56,350 bases of DNA from Candidatus Rokuibacteriota bacterium (GCA_044866005.1 JBIOTN010000162.1:1-56350), one strand, 5' to 3'. Shown: positions 28,430 through 37,728, counted from the first letter of the stretch. The notes: generated by a model not told the origin, from the sequence alone. Numbers and translations: made by a program.

Positions 28430-29887
28430 CTAGTCCTTCAGGGAGGTCGTCAGGATCGTGATCGCCGACCCCGGCCGGTAACGGAACGGCGCGAACTCCA
28501 CCCGGTAGCCCAGGCGGTCCGCCACGGCCCGGATGAGGGCCCCGTTGACCCAGTTCACGATGCTGCCGTCGAGCTTGCCGGGCCCGCGGAAGGCCCCCCG
28601 GTAGCCGGCCGCGTCGGTGACGAAGAGGTCCTGGACCTGGAGCACGCCCTTCGGGTGGAGGAGCGGCAGCGTGCGGACGAAGGACTGGAGCGCGCCGTTC
28701 GAGAGGTGGCAGCGGAAGTCGCCGGGCCATTCGCCCAGGCAGTCGGCGACGAGCTCGGGGGCGAGCCCCGGGAGGGCCGCGACCTCGCCGGGATCGTCGA
28801 GCGCGGTGTAGCGCTCCTCCACGCGGACGAGCTGCCAGAGCTCGCGCCAGAACCGCACGCCGTCGGCGGGGTCGGGGAAGGCATCCGGCCCGATCCGGAG
28901 CAGGAGCTCTACCTGCCGGGGGAGCCGCTCCGCGGGCAGTCCGTGGCGGCTCGCCAGCTCGACCGCCGCGTCACGGCGGACGTAGGCGCGGCCCTCGACC
29001 AGGTAGAAGCGGCCGTCGCGCCGGGCCACCTCGTCGGTGGGCAGGTTGTCGTAGAGGTTCGAGACGTGGATCGCGAGGACCTTGTAACGGAGAAAGGCCA
29101 GCGTCTTGAGCGGGTCGAGCGCGTCCAGCGCGATGAACGAGACCTTGTCCAGGTGATGGAGGACGTTCCCGTGGGCGCGCTCCAGCATGGGCATGGAGTA
29201 GTCGGAGAGCAGGAAGCGCACGCGCCCATAGTAATCTTTCCCGTGCGCCTCGGCGACGTCGCGGAAGCGGTCGAGCCAGAGCCCGGCGCGCTCGCCGGTG
29301 CCGGCCCCGATCTCCAGGACGAAGAGCTCCGGCGGCAGCGTCCCCCGCTTGTCGAGCGTCCGGAGGCTGTCGAAGACCTGCTGGACCGCCTCCTCCACCT
29401 GCGCCGGGTTCGACGCGTCGGACTTGCCGCCCGGCAACGCCGCCTCGAACCCGCGCTGGAACGTGCGCTCCCAGTGCTCGATCTCCCGCCAGTAGAGCGC
29501 GTTGAACTGCCAGACGACGCTCCGGCGGAGCGGCCCCCACGCCTCGAGGTAGAGCCGCTCGGAAGGGGTCGCGGCCGCGGCGCGGTCGTCTCCCGCCAGC
29601 CGGCGGAGCGCCGTCTCGAGGAGCCGCTCGAGCGCCTCGGGCTCGGCCTGCCGGAGGTCCACGGCGAGCTCTCGCACCGGCGGGCCGCCCCCGGCCTCCA
29701 CCGAGCGGCGCTCGACGATGGGCTCGCGGAAGGTCTGCCGGTACTGGCACCAGTCGAGGCCCAGGCGGATCCCGGCGAGGGAGAGGCCGTCGGCGCGGCA
29801 GCGCTCGATGGCGCGGGCGGCCGCCGCCACCGCCGCGTCGGCGGGTGGGGCCTTCGGGGTCGAGAGGTAGCCGAGCTCGACCAGCAT
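28430..29887 (-). CDS. divergent SAM-dependent methyltransferase, MidA/NDUFAF7-like
   Basis: VLEIGAGTG motif I; SNLYDNLP resembles MidA SNELxDALP. Confidence 0.7.
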   Translation of the reverse strand: MLVELGYLSTPKAPPADAAVAAAARAIERCRADGLSLAGIRLGLDWCQYRQTFREPIVERRSVEAGGGPPVRELAVDLRQAEPEALERLLETALRRLAGDDRAAAATPSERLYLEAWGPLRRSVVWQFNALYWREIEHWERTFQRGFEAALPGGKSDASNPAQVEEAVQQVFDSLRTLDKRGTLPPELFVLEIGAGTGERAGLWLDRFRDVAEAHGKDYYGRVRFLLSDYSMPMLERAHGNVLHHLDKVSFIALDALDPLKTLAFLRYKVLAIHVSNLYDNLPTDEVARRDGRFYLVEGRAYVRRDAAVELASRHGLPAERLPRQVELLLRIGPDAFPDPADGVRFWRELWQLVRVEERYTALDDPGEVAALPGLAPELVADCLGEWPGDFRCHLSNGALQSFVRTLPLLHPKGVLQVQDLFVTDAAGYRGAFRGPGKLDGSIVNWVNGALIRAVADRLGYRVEFAPFRYRPGSAITILTTSLKD

Positions 29888-29900
29888 GGGTGGCCCCGCG

Positions 29901-31058
29901 TCAGGCGGGGACGCAGACGAAGCCTTCCATCAGCCGCCGCGCCGTGCGGTAGACCGTCACCTTCTCGGCCACCGGCACGGTGCCGTCCCGCCGCACGGCC
30001 GCCGCGACGGTGAGGATCCCCGAGGGATGACCGATCCGCACGTCTCCTGCCGCGCCGACTCCGACCGCCACCTCGTGCGCGAGCGTGCCCTCGAGGTGCG
30101 CCGCGACGGCCAGGCACATGGCCCCGGTGAGGGCGAAGGCGCGGTGCACCCTGCCCATCGAGACGACGCGTGCCACGAGGTCCATGGCGCTCGCCGGGAT
30201 CGGATCACCGGCGAGCGTCCGGTAGGCCGCCGGCGGCGCGACGAGGACGAGCTTCGGGACCGCCGGGCTCCGCGTGGTCGCCTCCGCGGCGTCGCGGGCG
30301 AGCCCCATCTCCGTCGCGGCCGCGCCGCGAATGGCCTCCAGCCGAGCGGCCAGCGCCTGGTCGGCGTCGAGCTCCTCGGGCCGCTCAGTGCCCTCGAGGC
30401 CGAGGTCCTTGGCGCGCACGAACACCATCGGGTTCGTGGCGTCCACCAGCGAGACCGGCACCGCCCCGAGCCCCGGCACCGGGAGCCCGTCCCGCGCGCG
30501 CCCCGTCGGCAGGAGGCGGCCCGTCACCGCGCCCCCCGGATCCAGGAAGTCGAGCGTGATCCGCGCGCCGCTGCCCGGCACGCCGGGCAGGACGAAGTCC
30601 CCGCTGACGGCGGCCGCGGTCCCGACGACCGGGACGCGGGCGTGGATGAGCCGCCGCGTGTTCGTGTTGTGGATCCGCACCAGCGTCTCGGGCGCGCGCG
30701 GGGGGACGAGGCCCTCGTCGATGGCAAAGGGGCCGATGGCCGAGGAGATGTTCCCGCAGTTCCCCGCGTAGTCGACGAAGGGGCGGCTCACCTCGACCTG
30801 GCCGAAGGTGTAGTCCACGTCGGCGTCCGGGCGGGTCGGCGGCCCGACCACCGCGACCTTCGAGAGCGAGGAGAGCCCGCCGCCGAGCCCGTCGAGCTGC
30901 CGCCCCGCCGGGTCCGGGCTGCCGAGGGCGGCGAGGAAGATCGGATCCCAGGCCCCCCGCGCTTCCGGAAGGTCCTGCCGGTGGAACACGAGCGCCCGGC
31001 TCGTCCCGCCCCGGACGAAGACGGCGCGGATGCGGCGTTGCGGGGCCGGCGTGGTCAC
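29901..31058 (-). CDS. prpF: PrpF-family (methyl)aconitate isomerase
   Basis: RGGTSRA, QLDGLGGG..SLSK, GNCGNISS, YRTARRLMEG. Confidence 0.92.
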   Translation of the reverse strand: MTTPAPQRRIRAVFVRGGTSRALVFHRQDLPEARGAWDPIFLAALGSPDPAGRQLDGLGGGLSSLSKVAVVGPPTRPDADVDYTFGQVEVSRPFVDYAGNCGNISSAIGPFAIDEGLVPPRAPETLVRIHNTNTRRLIHARVPVVGTAAAVSGDFVLPGVPGSGARITLDFLDPGGAVTGRLLPTGRARDGLPVPGLGAVPVSLVDATNPMVFVRAKDLGLEGTERPEELDADQALAARLEAIRGAAATEMGLARDAAEATTRSPAVPKLVLVAPPAAYRTLAGDPIPASAMDLVARVVSMGRVHRAFALTGAMCLAVAAHLEGTLAHEVAVGVGAAGDVRIGHPSGILTVAAAVRRDGTVPVAEKVTVYRTARRLMEGFVCVPA

Positions 31059-32983
31059 CGGGCCCTGGCCTCGCGCGTGTGACGGAGCCGCCCGCCCGCC
31101 AGCAGCACCTCCCGCTCCCGCGTGGTGAGCACGCATCGCACCGCGATCCGTCCTCCCGCCGTCTCGTTCTCCACCGTCAGCGCGCCCGCGGCGAGGCCGG
31201 CCGGGATCCCGCTGATGCGGAGCCGGTCGCCCGCGGCGACCGCGTCGTAGTCGGCGGGGTCGGCGAACTCGAGCGGGAGCACGCCCCAGTTGACGAGGTT
31301 GGCGCGGTGAATGCGGGCGAAGGTCTTCGCGAGGACGCCCCGCACGCCGAGATACATCGGGGCGATCGCCGCGTGCTCGCGGGACGACCCCTGGCCGTAG
31401 GTCTGCCCGGCGACGATGAACCCGCCGCCGACGGCCCGGGCGCGCGCCGGAAAGTCCGGATCGAGGTGCCGGAACGTGAACTCCGCGATGGCGGGGACGT
31501 TCGAGCGGAAGACCAGCACCTGGGCCCCGGCCGGGAGGATGTCGTCGGTCGAGACCTTGTCCCCGACCTTGATGAGCACCGGTCCGGCGAGCGTCTCGCC
31601 GACGGGCGGCCCCATCGGCACCTCGCGGATGTTCGGCCCCTTGGTCACCGGCACCCCCTCGCCGTCCCGCGCCGGTGGCACGAGCCCCGCCGTGGAGGGC
31701 GCGAAGCGCGGCGGGAACACGACCTCGGGCGCGCGGCCGAGCCGGCGGGGATCCGTGATGACCCCCCGGATGGCCGAGACGCTGGCCGTCTGGGAGGAGG
31801 CGAGGTAGACCTGATCGTCCTTGACCCCGCTGCGGCCCGGGAAGTTCCGGTTGAAGGCGCGCAGGCTCTTCGACCCCGACGCGGGAACGTGGCCGATCCC
31901 CGGGCACGCGCCGCACGTGGATTCGGACACGACGGCGCCCGCCGCGAGGAGGTCGGCGACCAGCCCGCGCCGGGCCATCGTCTCGAGGATCTGCTGGCTC
32001 GCGGGGAAGAGGACGAAGGAGACGTCGGGATGCACGCGCCGTCCCCGGAGGATCTCCGCGACCACGTACATGTCCTCCCAGGAGCCATTCGTGCAGGAGC
32101 CGACCAGGACCTGGTCGATCGACGTGCCCTCGACCTCGCCGACCGGCACGACCTGATCCGGCGAGCCCGGGAGCGCTACCAGGGGCTCGAGCGCGCCGAG
32201 GTCGAGCTCGATCGTGTCCTCGTAGGCCGCCCCGGGATCGGCCGCCAGCGGTCGCCACGCCGCCTCGCGCCCCACCCTCGCCAGGTAGCTCCGCGTCACC
32301 TCATCCGAGGGAAAGACCGAGGTGGTGAGCCCGAGCTCGGCCCCCATGTTGGCGATCGTCGCCCGCTGCGGCACCGTGAGCGTCGCGACGCCGGGACCCG
32401 CGTACTCGAAGACCTTGCCGAAGCCGCCCCGCACCGTCAGCCGGCGGAGCAGCTCGAGGATCACGTCCTTCGCGCTCACCCAGCCGCGGAGGCGGCCGCC
32501 GAGGACGACGCGCACGACCTGCGGCATGGGGAAGAAATAGGGACCGCCCCCCATCGCGCACGCGACGTCGAGCCCCCCGGCGCCGATGGCGAGCATGCCG
32601 AGCGCCCCGCAGAGCGGCGTGTGGCTGTCGGAGCCGATGAGGACCAGGCCGGGGGCGCCGAACGTCTCGAGGTGGACCTGGTGACAGATGCCGTTGCCGG
32701 GCTTGGAGTAGGCTCCGCCGTACCGGCGGGAGGCCGTCGAGAGGTACCGGTGGTCGTCGGTGTTCCGGGAGTCGAACTGATAGACGTTGTGGTCCGCGTA
32801 CGTCACGACCGTGGGCACCTGGACGCGAGGGAAGCCCATGGCCTCGAACTGGAGCCAGGCCATCGTGCCGTTCGTGTCGGTGAGGAGGACCTGGTCCACG
32901 CGCAACCCGATCTCGCGACCGGCGACCGGCTCGCCCGCGACGAGGTGGCTGGCGAGGAGCTTCTGGAAGACGGTGTGCGGCAC
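31055..32983 (-). CDS. aconitate hydratase (short 642-aa type)
   Basis: GNGICHQ, GSDSHT, GSCTN, CGACPG, FNRNF, YGQGSSREHA. Confidence 0.92.
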   Translation of the reverse strand: MPHTVFQKLLASHLVAGEPVAGREIGLRVDQVLLTDTNGTMAWLQFEAMGFPRVQVPTVVTYADHNVYQFDSRNTDDHRYLSTASRRYGGAYSKPGNGICHQVHLETFGAPGLVLIGSDSHTPLCGALGMLAIGAGGLDVACAMGGGPYFFPMPQVVRVVLGGRLRGWVSAKDVILELLRRLTVRGGFGKVFEYAGPGVATLTVPQRATIANMGAELGLTTSVFPSDEVTRSYLARVGREAAWRPLAADPGAAYEDTIELDLGALEPLVALPGSPDQVVPVGEVEGTSIDQVLVGSCTNGSWEDMYVVAEILRGRRVHPDVSFVLFPASQQILETMARRGLVADLLAAGAVVSESTCGACPGIGHVPASGSKSLRAFNRNFPGRSGVKDDQVYLASSQTASVSAIRGVITDPRRLGRAPEVVFPPRFAPSTAGLVPPARDGEGVPVTKGPNIREVPMGPPVGETLAGPVLIKVGDKVSTDDILPAGAQVLVFRSNVPAIAEFTFRHLDPDFPARARAVGGGFIVAGQTYGQGSSREHAAIAPMYLGVRGVLAKTFARIHRANLVNWGVLPLEFADPADYDAVAAGDRLRISGIPAGLAAGALTVENETAGGRIAVRCVLTTREREVLLAGGRLRHTREARAR

Positions 32984-33001
32984 GGCCAGGACGCCTACCT
33001 G

Positions 33002-34135
33002 CTAGCCGCGGGCCGCGAGCGCCCGGAAGGGCCGGTGCGCGGCGCCCTGGTACTCGGCGCGCGGCCGGATCAGCCGATTGTCGGCATGCTGCTCCAGCAC
33101 GTGCGCCGTCCAGCCCGCCACGCGCGCGACCGCGATGACCGGCACGAAGAGATCCACCGGGATCCCCAGGGCGTAGAAGAGCGGCGCCGAGTAGAAGTCC
33201 ACGTTGGGCAGGAGCCCCTTCTCCCGCTGCACGGCCTCGTGGAGGCGCACCGCCGTCTCGAACCACACGCCCTCGCCGGACTGCCGGCACGCCTTCTCGG
33301 CGAGGGCGCGGAGGATCCGCGCTCGCGGGTCGCCCGCCTTGTACACCCGGTGGCCGAATCCCATGAGGCGCCGCTTCTCGCCAAGCGCGCGGCGCGTGAA
33401 CGCCTCGGCCGCGTCGGGCGCGCCGACCTCCTGGAGGGTCCGCATGACGGCTTCGCCCGCGCCGCCGTGGAGGGGGCCCTTGAGCGCGCCGAGCGCGCCC
33501 GAGACGGCGGAGTGCATGTCGGCCAGCGTCGAGGCGATCACGCGCGCCGTGAACGTCGAGGCGTTCAGCTCGTGCTCGGCGTAGAGGACGAGCGCCGCGT
33601 CGAAGGCGCGGACGGCCAGCGCCTTGGGCTTCCGCCCGGCCATCATGTGGAGGAAGCTCGCGGCGTGGGACAGCTCGGGCCGCGGCGGGACCGGCCGCTT
33701 CCCGCTCCGGATGCGGTGGAAGGCCGCCGTGAGCGTCGCGACCTGCGCCACGAGCCGGATGGCCTTCCGGCGATTGGCGTCGGGCGAGTTGTCCTCGGCG
33801 TCCGGGTCGAGCGCCCCCAGCAGCGCCACGCCCGCCTGGAGCGCGCGCATGGGGTGCATCTCTGGCGGGAAGAGCTTCAGCGACTTGCCGACGAGCGGCG
33901 GGAGCGGCCGCGCGTCCGCGAGCTCCTTGCGGAGCCCGTCGAGCTGGGCGCGGCCCGGCAGCTCGCCGTGCCAGAGGAGCCACACGACCTCTTCGAACCC
34001 GGCGTGGCGGGCGAGGCCCTCGATGTCGTACCCGTGGTAGGCGAGCCGACCCTGGGCGCCGTCGAGGTGGCAGAGCCGGGTCGCGGCGGCGACCACGTCC
34101 TCGAGGCCCTTGCTCACGGTGGTCTCTGTCGGCAT
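33002..34135 (-). CDS. citrate/2-methylcitrate synthase
   Basis: KGLEDV, EHELNAST, GPLHGGA, GFGHRVY..DPR, NVDFYS. Confidence 0.93.
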   Translation of the reverse strand: MPTETTVSKGLEDVVAAATRLCHLDGAQGRLAYHGYDIEGLARHAGFEEVVWLLWHGELPGRAQLDGLRKELADARPLPPLVGKSLKLFPPEMHPMRALQAGVALLGALDPDAEDNSPDANRRKAIRLVAQVATLTAAFHRIRSGKRPVPPRPELSHAASFLHMMAGRKPKALAVRAFDAALVLYAEHELNASTFTARVIASTLADMHSAVSGALGALKGPLHGGAGEAVMRTLQEVGAPDAAEAFTRRALGEKRRLMGFGHRVYKAGDPRARILRALAEKACRQSGEGVWFETAVRLHEAVQREKGLLPNVDFYSAPLFYALGIPVDLFVPVIAVARVAGWTAHVLEQHADNRLIRPRAEYQGAAHRPFRALAARG

Positions 34136-34246
34136 CGTCTGCGTCCTCGCTTCTTGGGCGCTCCCCGACGGGGGCGCACGCCCTCGCCGTCTCGGCGGCG
34201 GCCCGCTCGATGTCCGGCAGCCGGGCCGCCGGCCGGCCCTGGCGGC

Positions 34247-34274
34247 GGGGGGGCCGCGGCGGCCCCCCCTCGGA
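34247..34274. repeat. REP-like palindrome copy
   Basis: GGGGGGGCC-GCGGC-GGCCCCCCCTCGGA; a half copy TCCGGAGGGGG follows at 34285. Confidence 0.55.
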
Positions 34275-34497
34275 TAATAAGCCATCCGGAGGGGGTCGGC
34301 GCCGGCGGTGTGCGGGGATCGGGACGACGCGGGCGTGCGGGGATGGACGGCCGCCCTGGCCGCGGAGAATCAGGACTCGCCGAGCCCGACCGCGATCCCG
34401 GCCGGATCGCGGCTCGGGGTGGGCCGATCGTCACAGGCCTTCGGGAGGCCGCGCTCGGGGGCGCCCGGGGGAGGGAGCCTGCCGCGGTTCTCCGGCG

Positions 34498-35061
34498 TCA
34501 GCTCCCCACCATGACGTCGACCACCTTCTGGAGATGGTTGACGTCGACGGGCTTGTTGATCACGGTGAACGGCCCGATTTCGAGTGCCCGGGACATGAGC
34601 TCGGAATCCGGGAAGCCCGTGACCATGACGACGGGCAGCTCGGGGCGCAGCGCGTGGATCTGGCGGAACGTCTCGACGCCGTTCATCCCCGGCATGACGA
34701 GGTCCAGGGTCACCAGATCGAGGTCGCTCTGCTTGACGATCTCGAGCGCCTCCTCGCCGCTGGCCGCGGTGAGGATCTGCCGCTGCGGGGTTTGCAGGAT
34801 CGAGACGATGAACTGCCGCGTGACGTCCTCGTCGTCCACGACGAGGATGTTCACGCGAAGGGTGGCCGCGTGCTGGCGGAACCAGTCGTCGAGGATCGAC
34901 TTGTGAAACCGCCACTGCCGCCCCACCTTGTGGCCCGGCAGCTCCCGCCGCTCGGCGAGCCGATACACGGTCGAGACGGGGAGCTTCAGGTACTGGGCGA
35001 CGTCCCGGATCGTCAGGATCTCCGTCGCCCCGCGGCTCTTGCGCTCCGACCCGTCGGCCAT
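34498..35061 (-). CDS. response regulator with N-terminal excisionase-type HTH (HTH_17) and C-terminal receiver
   Basis: LTIRDVAQYLKL..TVYRLA..KVGRQWRF; ILVVDDE, DLVMP, KP; GAAGGAG RBS. Confidence 0.88.
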   Translation of the reverse strand: MADGSERKSRGATEILTIRDVAQYLKLPVSTVYRLAERRELPGHKVGRQWRFHKSILDDWFRQHAATLRVNILVVDDEDVTRQFIVSILQTPQRQILTAASGEEALEIVKQSDLDLVTLDLVMPGMNGVETFRQIHALRPELPVVMVTGFPDSELMSRALEIGPFTVINKPVDVNHLQKVVDVMVGS

Positions 35062-35291
35062 CTCTCCTTCCGTGCTCGGTCGCCCCTCACCGGCCAGCCG
35101 ACCGGAGCCCCCGTCGGAAGCCTGCGCATCCCTCAACGTTGTTGACGTTAATTCCGCGTAGGGCGACATAATTCCACCCGCACGGGAAGGTGTCAAGCGA
35201 AAAGGGGCGGGATCGACCGAGACGCCGTCGATCTCCTTCGTTCGCCCAGCTTCCGACCGGTTGCCGCGTGGAGACATGAGACTCCCTCCCG

Positions 35292-35392
35292 GCCCGAGCC
35301 CTGGCTCGAGGCCCCTTGGTTCACGGTGCACCTCCTCGGAGGTGCAACGGGAGTACCAATGGCGCGGGGTGCCGGGAAAGGTGCGCTCGGGC
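35292..35392. ncRNA. candidate rod-like structured RNA
   Basis: nested complementary segments GCCCGAGC/GCTCGGGC, CCTGGC/GCCGGG, TTGGT/ACCAA, TGCACCTCC/GGAGGTGCA. Confidence 0.35.
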
Positions 35393-35560
35393 AAGGGGTT
35401 CGGGGACCCGGCCGTCGCCGCCGGTGGGCCTTTTGGCCGGCCGAATCCTGCTCACTTTTCTGGCCGAGTCGAGCCTATTTTGATCAGCTTGCAGCCGGGC
35501 CGCTCGCGCGCAGCCATGCCGCATCGCCGAGGTCGGGAAAATTGCTGTTCCGAGGCTGGC

Positions 35561-35590
35561 TTGACACTCCCTTCCGGGGTGGGGTAGGGT
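35561..35590 (+). promoter_or_regulatory. promoter TTGACA-N18-TAGGGT for tusA operon
   Basis: perfect -35; -10 lies 13 nt before the ATG. Confidence 0.5.
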
Positions 35591-35603
35591 GGGGGTGCCC
35601 GCG

Positions 35604-35846
35604 ATGCACACGGCAATCCAGGCCCACCGGACCCTCGACTGTCTCGGCCTGTTCTGCCCCATGCCCATCGTCAAGACTCGGGAAGCGATGAAGGCCATGG
35701 TGGTCGGGGAACTGCTCGAGATGCTCTCCGACGACCCGGCGAGCGACGCCGACATGCGAAGCTGGGCCAAGCGGACCGGGAACGAGCTCGTTGCGGTTAC
35801 GAAGGACGGCCCGATCTACCGGTTCCTGGTCCGAAAGACCCGATAG
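35604..35846 (+). CDS. tusA: TusA-family sulfur carrier
   Basis: LDCLGLFCPMP motif, SDDPAS..D, 80 aa. Confidence 0.9.
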   Translation: MHTAIQAHRTLDCLGLFCPMPIVKTREAMKAMVVGELLEMLSDDPASDADMRSWAKRTGNELVAVTKDGPIYRFLVRKTR

Positions 35847-35853
35847 GCCGGAG

Positions 35854-37014
35854 CTGCCTGGCTCCGGGCGCCGGATCTACCTGGACTACGGGGCCTTTGC
35901 CCCGGTCGACCCCCGCGTCCTGGCCGTCATGACCCCCTTCCTCGAGGGCTGGGTCGGCAATCCTTCCGCGCTCCACATGCTCGGCCAGGAGGCGCGAGAG
36001 TCGCTCGCCGCGGCGCGAGCCAAGCTGGGGCGGCTGGTCGGCGGGCGTCCGGACGGTATCATCTTCACGAGCGGCGCCACCGAGGCCAACAACCTGGCGC
36101 TCAAGGGGCTCGCCCTCCGGGGATCCGGTCGCCACCTCGTCACCACCGCGATCGAGCACCCGTCGGTCCTGACCCCGTGCCGGGACCTCGTCAAGGCGGG
36201 CTTCGACGTCACTTTCCTGCCCGTGGATCCCGAGGGCCGGGTGACCCCGGACGGGGTGCGCCGGGCGCTGCGCCCCGACACCTGCCTGGTCTCGGTCGGC
36301 GCGGCCAACGTCGAGATCGGCGCCATCCAGCCGTGGCGGGCGATCGCCGCGGTCACGCACCAGGCCGGGGTGCCGTTCCACGTCGACGGCGTCGGGGCCG
36401 TGGGCCGCGTCCCGCTCGCGGTGGAAGCCGACGGGATCGACCTCCTGACGCTCGGGGCGAACGACCTCTACGGCCCGCCCGGGGTCGGCGCCCTCTGGGT
36501 GCGGCCGGGCATCCGGCTGGTGCCGCAGCTGCTGGGCGGCGGCCAGGAGGACGGCCTCCGCTCGGGCACGGAGAATCTGGCCGGGGTCGTCGGGCTCGGC
36601 GTCGCGGCGGAACTGGCGCTCCGAGACGGGACCGCCGAGACCGCGCGGCTCCAGGCGCTGCGGGACCGCCTCCTCGAGGGGCTGGCGGCGGCCTGCCCCG
36701 GGGTGCGCCTGACCGGGCCACGGGAGGGCCGGCTCCCCCACCACGCCAGCATCACCGTGCCGGGAGTGAAAGGGGAGAGCCTCGTCCTCGCGCTCGACCT
36801 GGTCGGCGTGTCGGCGGCGACCGGCTCGCCCTGCAGCGCGCTCACCCGCGAGCCGTCCCACGTGCTGCGCGCGCTGGGGCTCGACACGCGCACGGCGGAG
36901 GGCTCGCTCTGCGTGACGCTCGGTCGCTGGACGCGGGCCGAGGACATCCAGATCTGCCTGGCCGAGCTCCCGCCGATCGTGGAACGCCTGCGAGCCGTCT
37001 CGCCGTATGCCTGA
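35854..37014 (+). CDS. IscS/NifS-like protein lacking the PLP lysine; start uncertain (CTG 35854 or TTG 35791)
   Basis: IYLD, GNPS, FTSGATEANN, RSGTEN, TGSPCS; GANDLYGP in place of SAHKxYGP. Confidence 0.85.
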   Translation: MPGSGRRIYLDYGAFAPVDPRVLAVMTPFLEGWVGNPSALHMLGQEARESLAAARAKLGRLVGGRPDGIIFTSGATEANNLALKGLALRGSGRHLVTTAIEHPSVLTPCRDLVKAGFDVTFLPVDPEGRVTPDGVRRALRPDTCLVSVGAANVEIGAIQPWRAIAAVTHQAGVPFHVDGVGAVGRVPLAVEADGIDLLTLGANDLYGPPGVGALWVRPGIRLVPQLLGGGQEDGLRSGTENLAGVVGLGVAAELALRDGTAETARLQALRDRLLEGLAAACPGVRLTGPREGRLPHHASITVPGVKGESLVLALDLVGVSAATGSPCSALTREPSHVLRALGLDTRTAEGSLCVTLGRWTRAEDIQICLAELPPIVERLRAVSPYA

Positions 37015-37026
37015 GTCCCCCGCCCG

Positions 37027-37728
37027 GTGAAGCTCGTCCTCTTCGACGTCGACGGGACGCTGCTCACCGCCAGCGGCGCCGGCCGCCGCGCGCTGGGGCG
37101 CGCCCTGGTGGAGGTCTACGGGACGGCCGGGCCGATCGACAGCTACGACTTCCATGGCGGGACGGACCCCCAGATCATCCGCGACCTGCTCGGAGCCGCG
37201 GGCGTCCCGCCCGCGGCCATCGCGGCGCGCGAGGGGGGGCTGTGGGCGCGCTACGTGGAGTGCCTGGCCGCCGAGATCGGGGACGGCCAGGGCGTCAAGC
37301 TCTGCCCGGGCGCGGCCGCCCTCGTCGAGGCGCTCGCCGGCCACGCCGGCTGCGTCGTGGGGCTCCTCACCGGGAACATCGCGGCGGGCGCGCGGATCAA
37401 GCTCCAGCCGACCGGCCTGTGGCCGCGCTTCCGCCTGGGCGCCTACGGCTCCGACGACGCCGACCGGACGCGGCTGCCCGCGATCGCGGCCCGGCGCGCC
37501 GAGGCGCTGGTCGGGCGCGGCTTCGTGGGCGCGGACCTCGTCGTCATCGGGGACACCCCGCGGGACGTCGGCTGCGGCCGCGCGTTCGGCGCGACCTGTG
37601 TCGCCGTCGCCACCGGACGCCACAGCGTGGCGGACCTCGCGGCGTGCGCCCCCGACCACGTCTTCAGCGACCTCACCGACACGCCCCGGCTCATCGGGGC
37701 GATCCTCGACGGCGCGCGGGCGCCGTGA
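37027..37728 (+). CDS. HAD-superfamily hydrolase
   Basis: LFDVDGTL, LLTGN, IGDTPRD. Confidence 0.9.
   Translation: MKLVLFDVDGTLLTASGAGRRALGRALVEVYGTAGPIDSYDFHGGTDPQIIRDLLGAAGVPPAAIAAREGGLWARYVECLAAEIGDGQGVKLCPGAAALVEALAGHAGCVVGLLTGNIAAGARIKLQPTGLWPRFRLGAYGSDDADRTRLPAIAARRAEALVGRGFVGADLVVIGDTPRDVGCGRAFGATCVAVATGRHSVADLAACAPDHVFSDLTDTPRLIGAILDGARAP

Noticed and set aside
35062..35394. N-terminal extension of the HTH-REC regulator
   Set aside because: The ATG at 35061 has a good RBS; the extension is non-domain sequence over promoter-like and hairpin DNA
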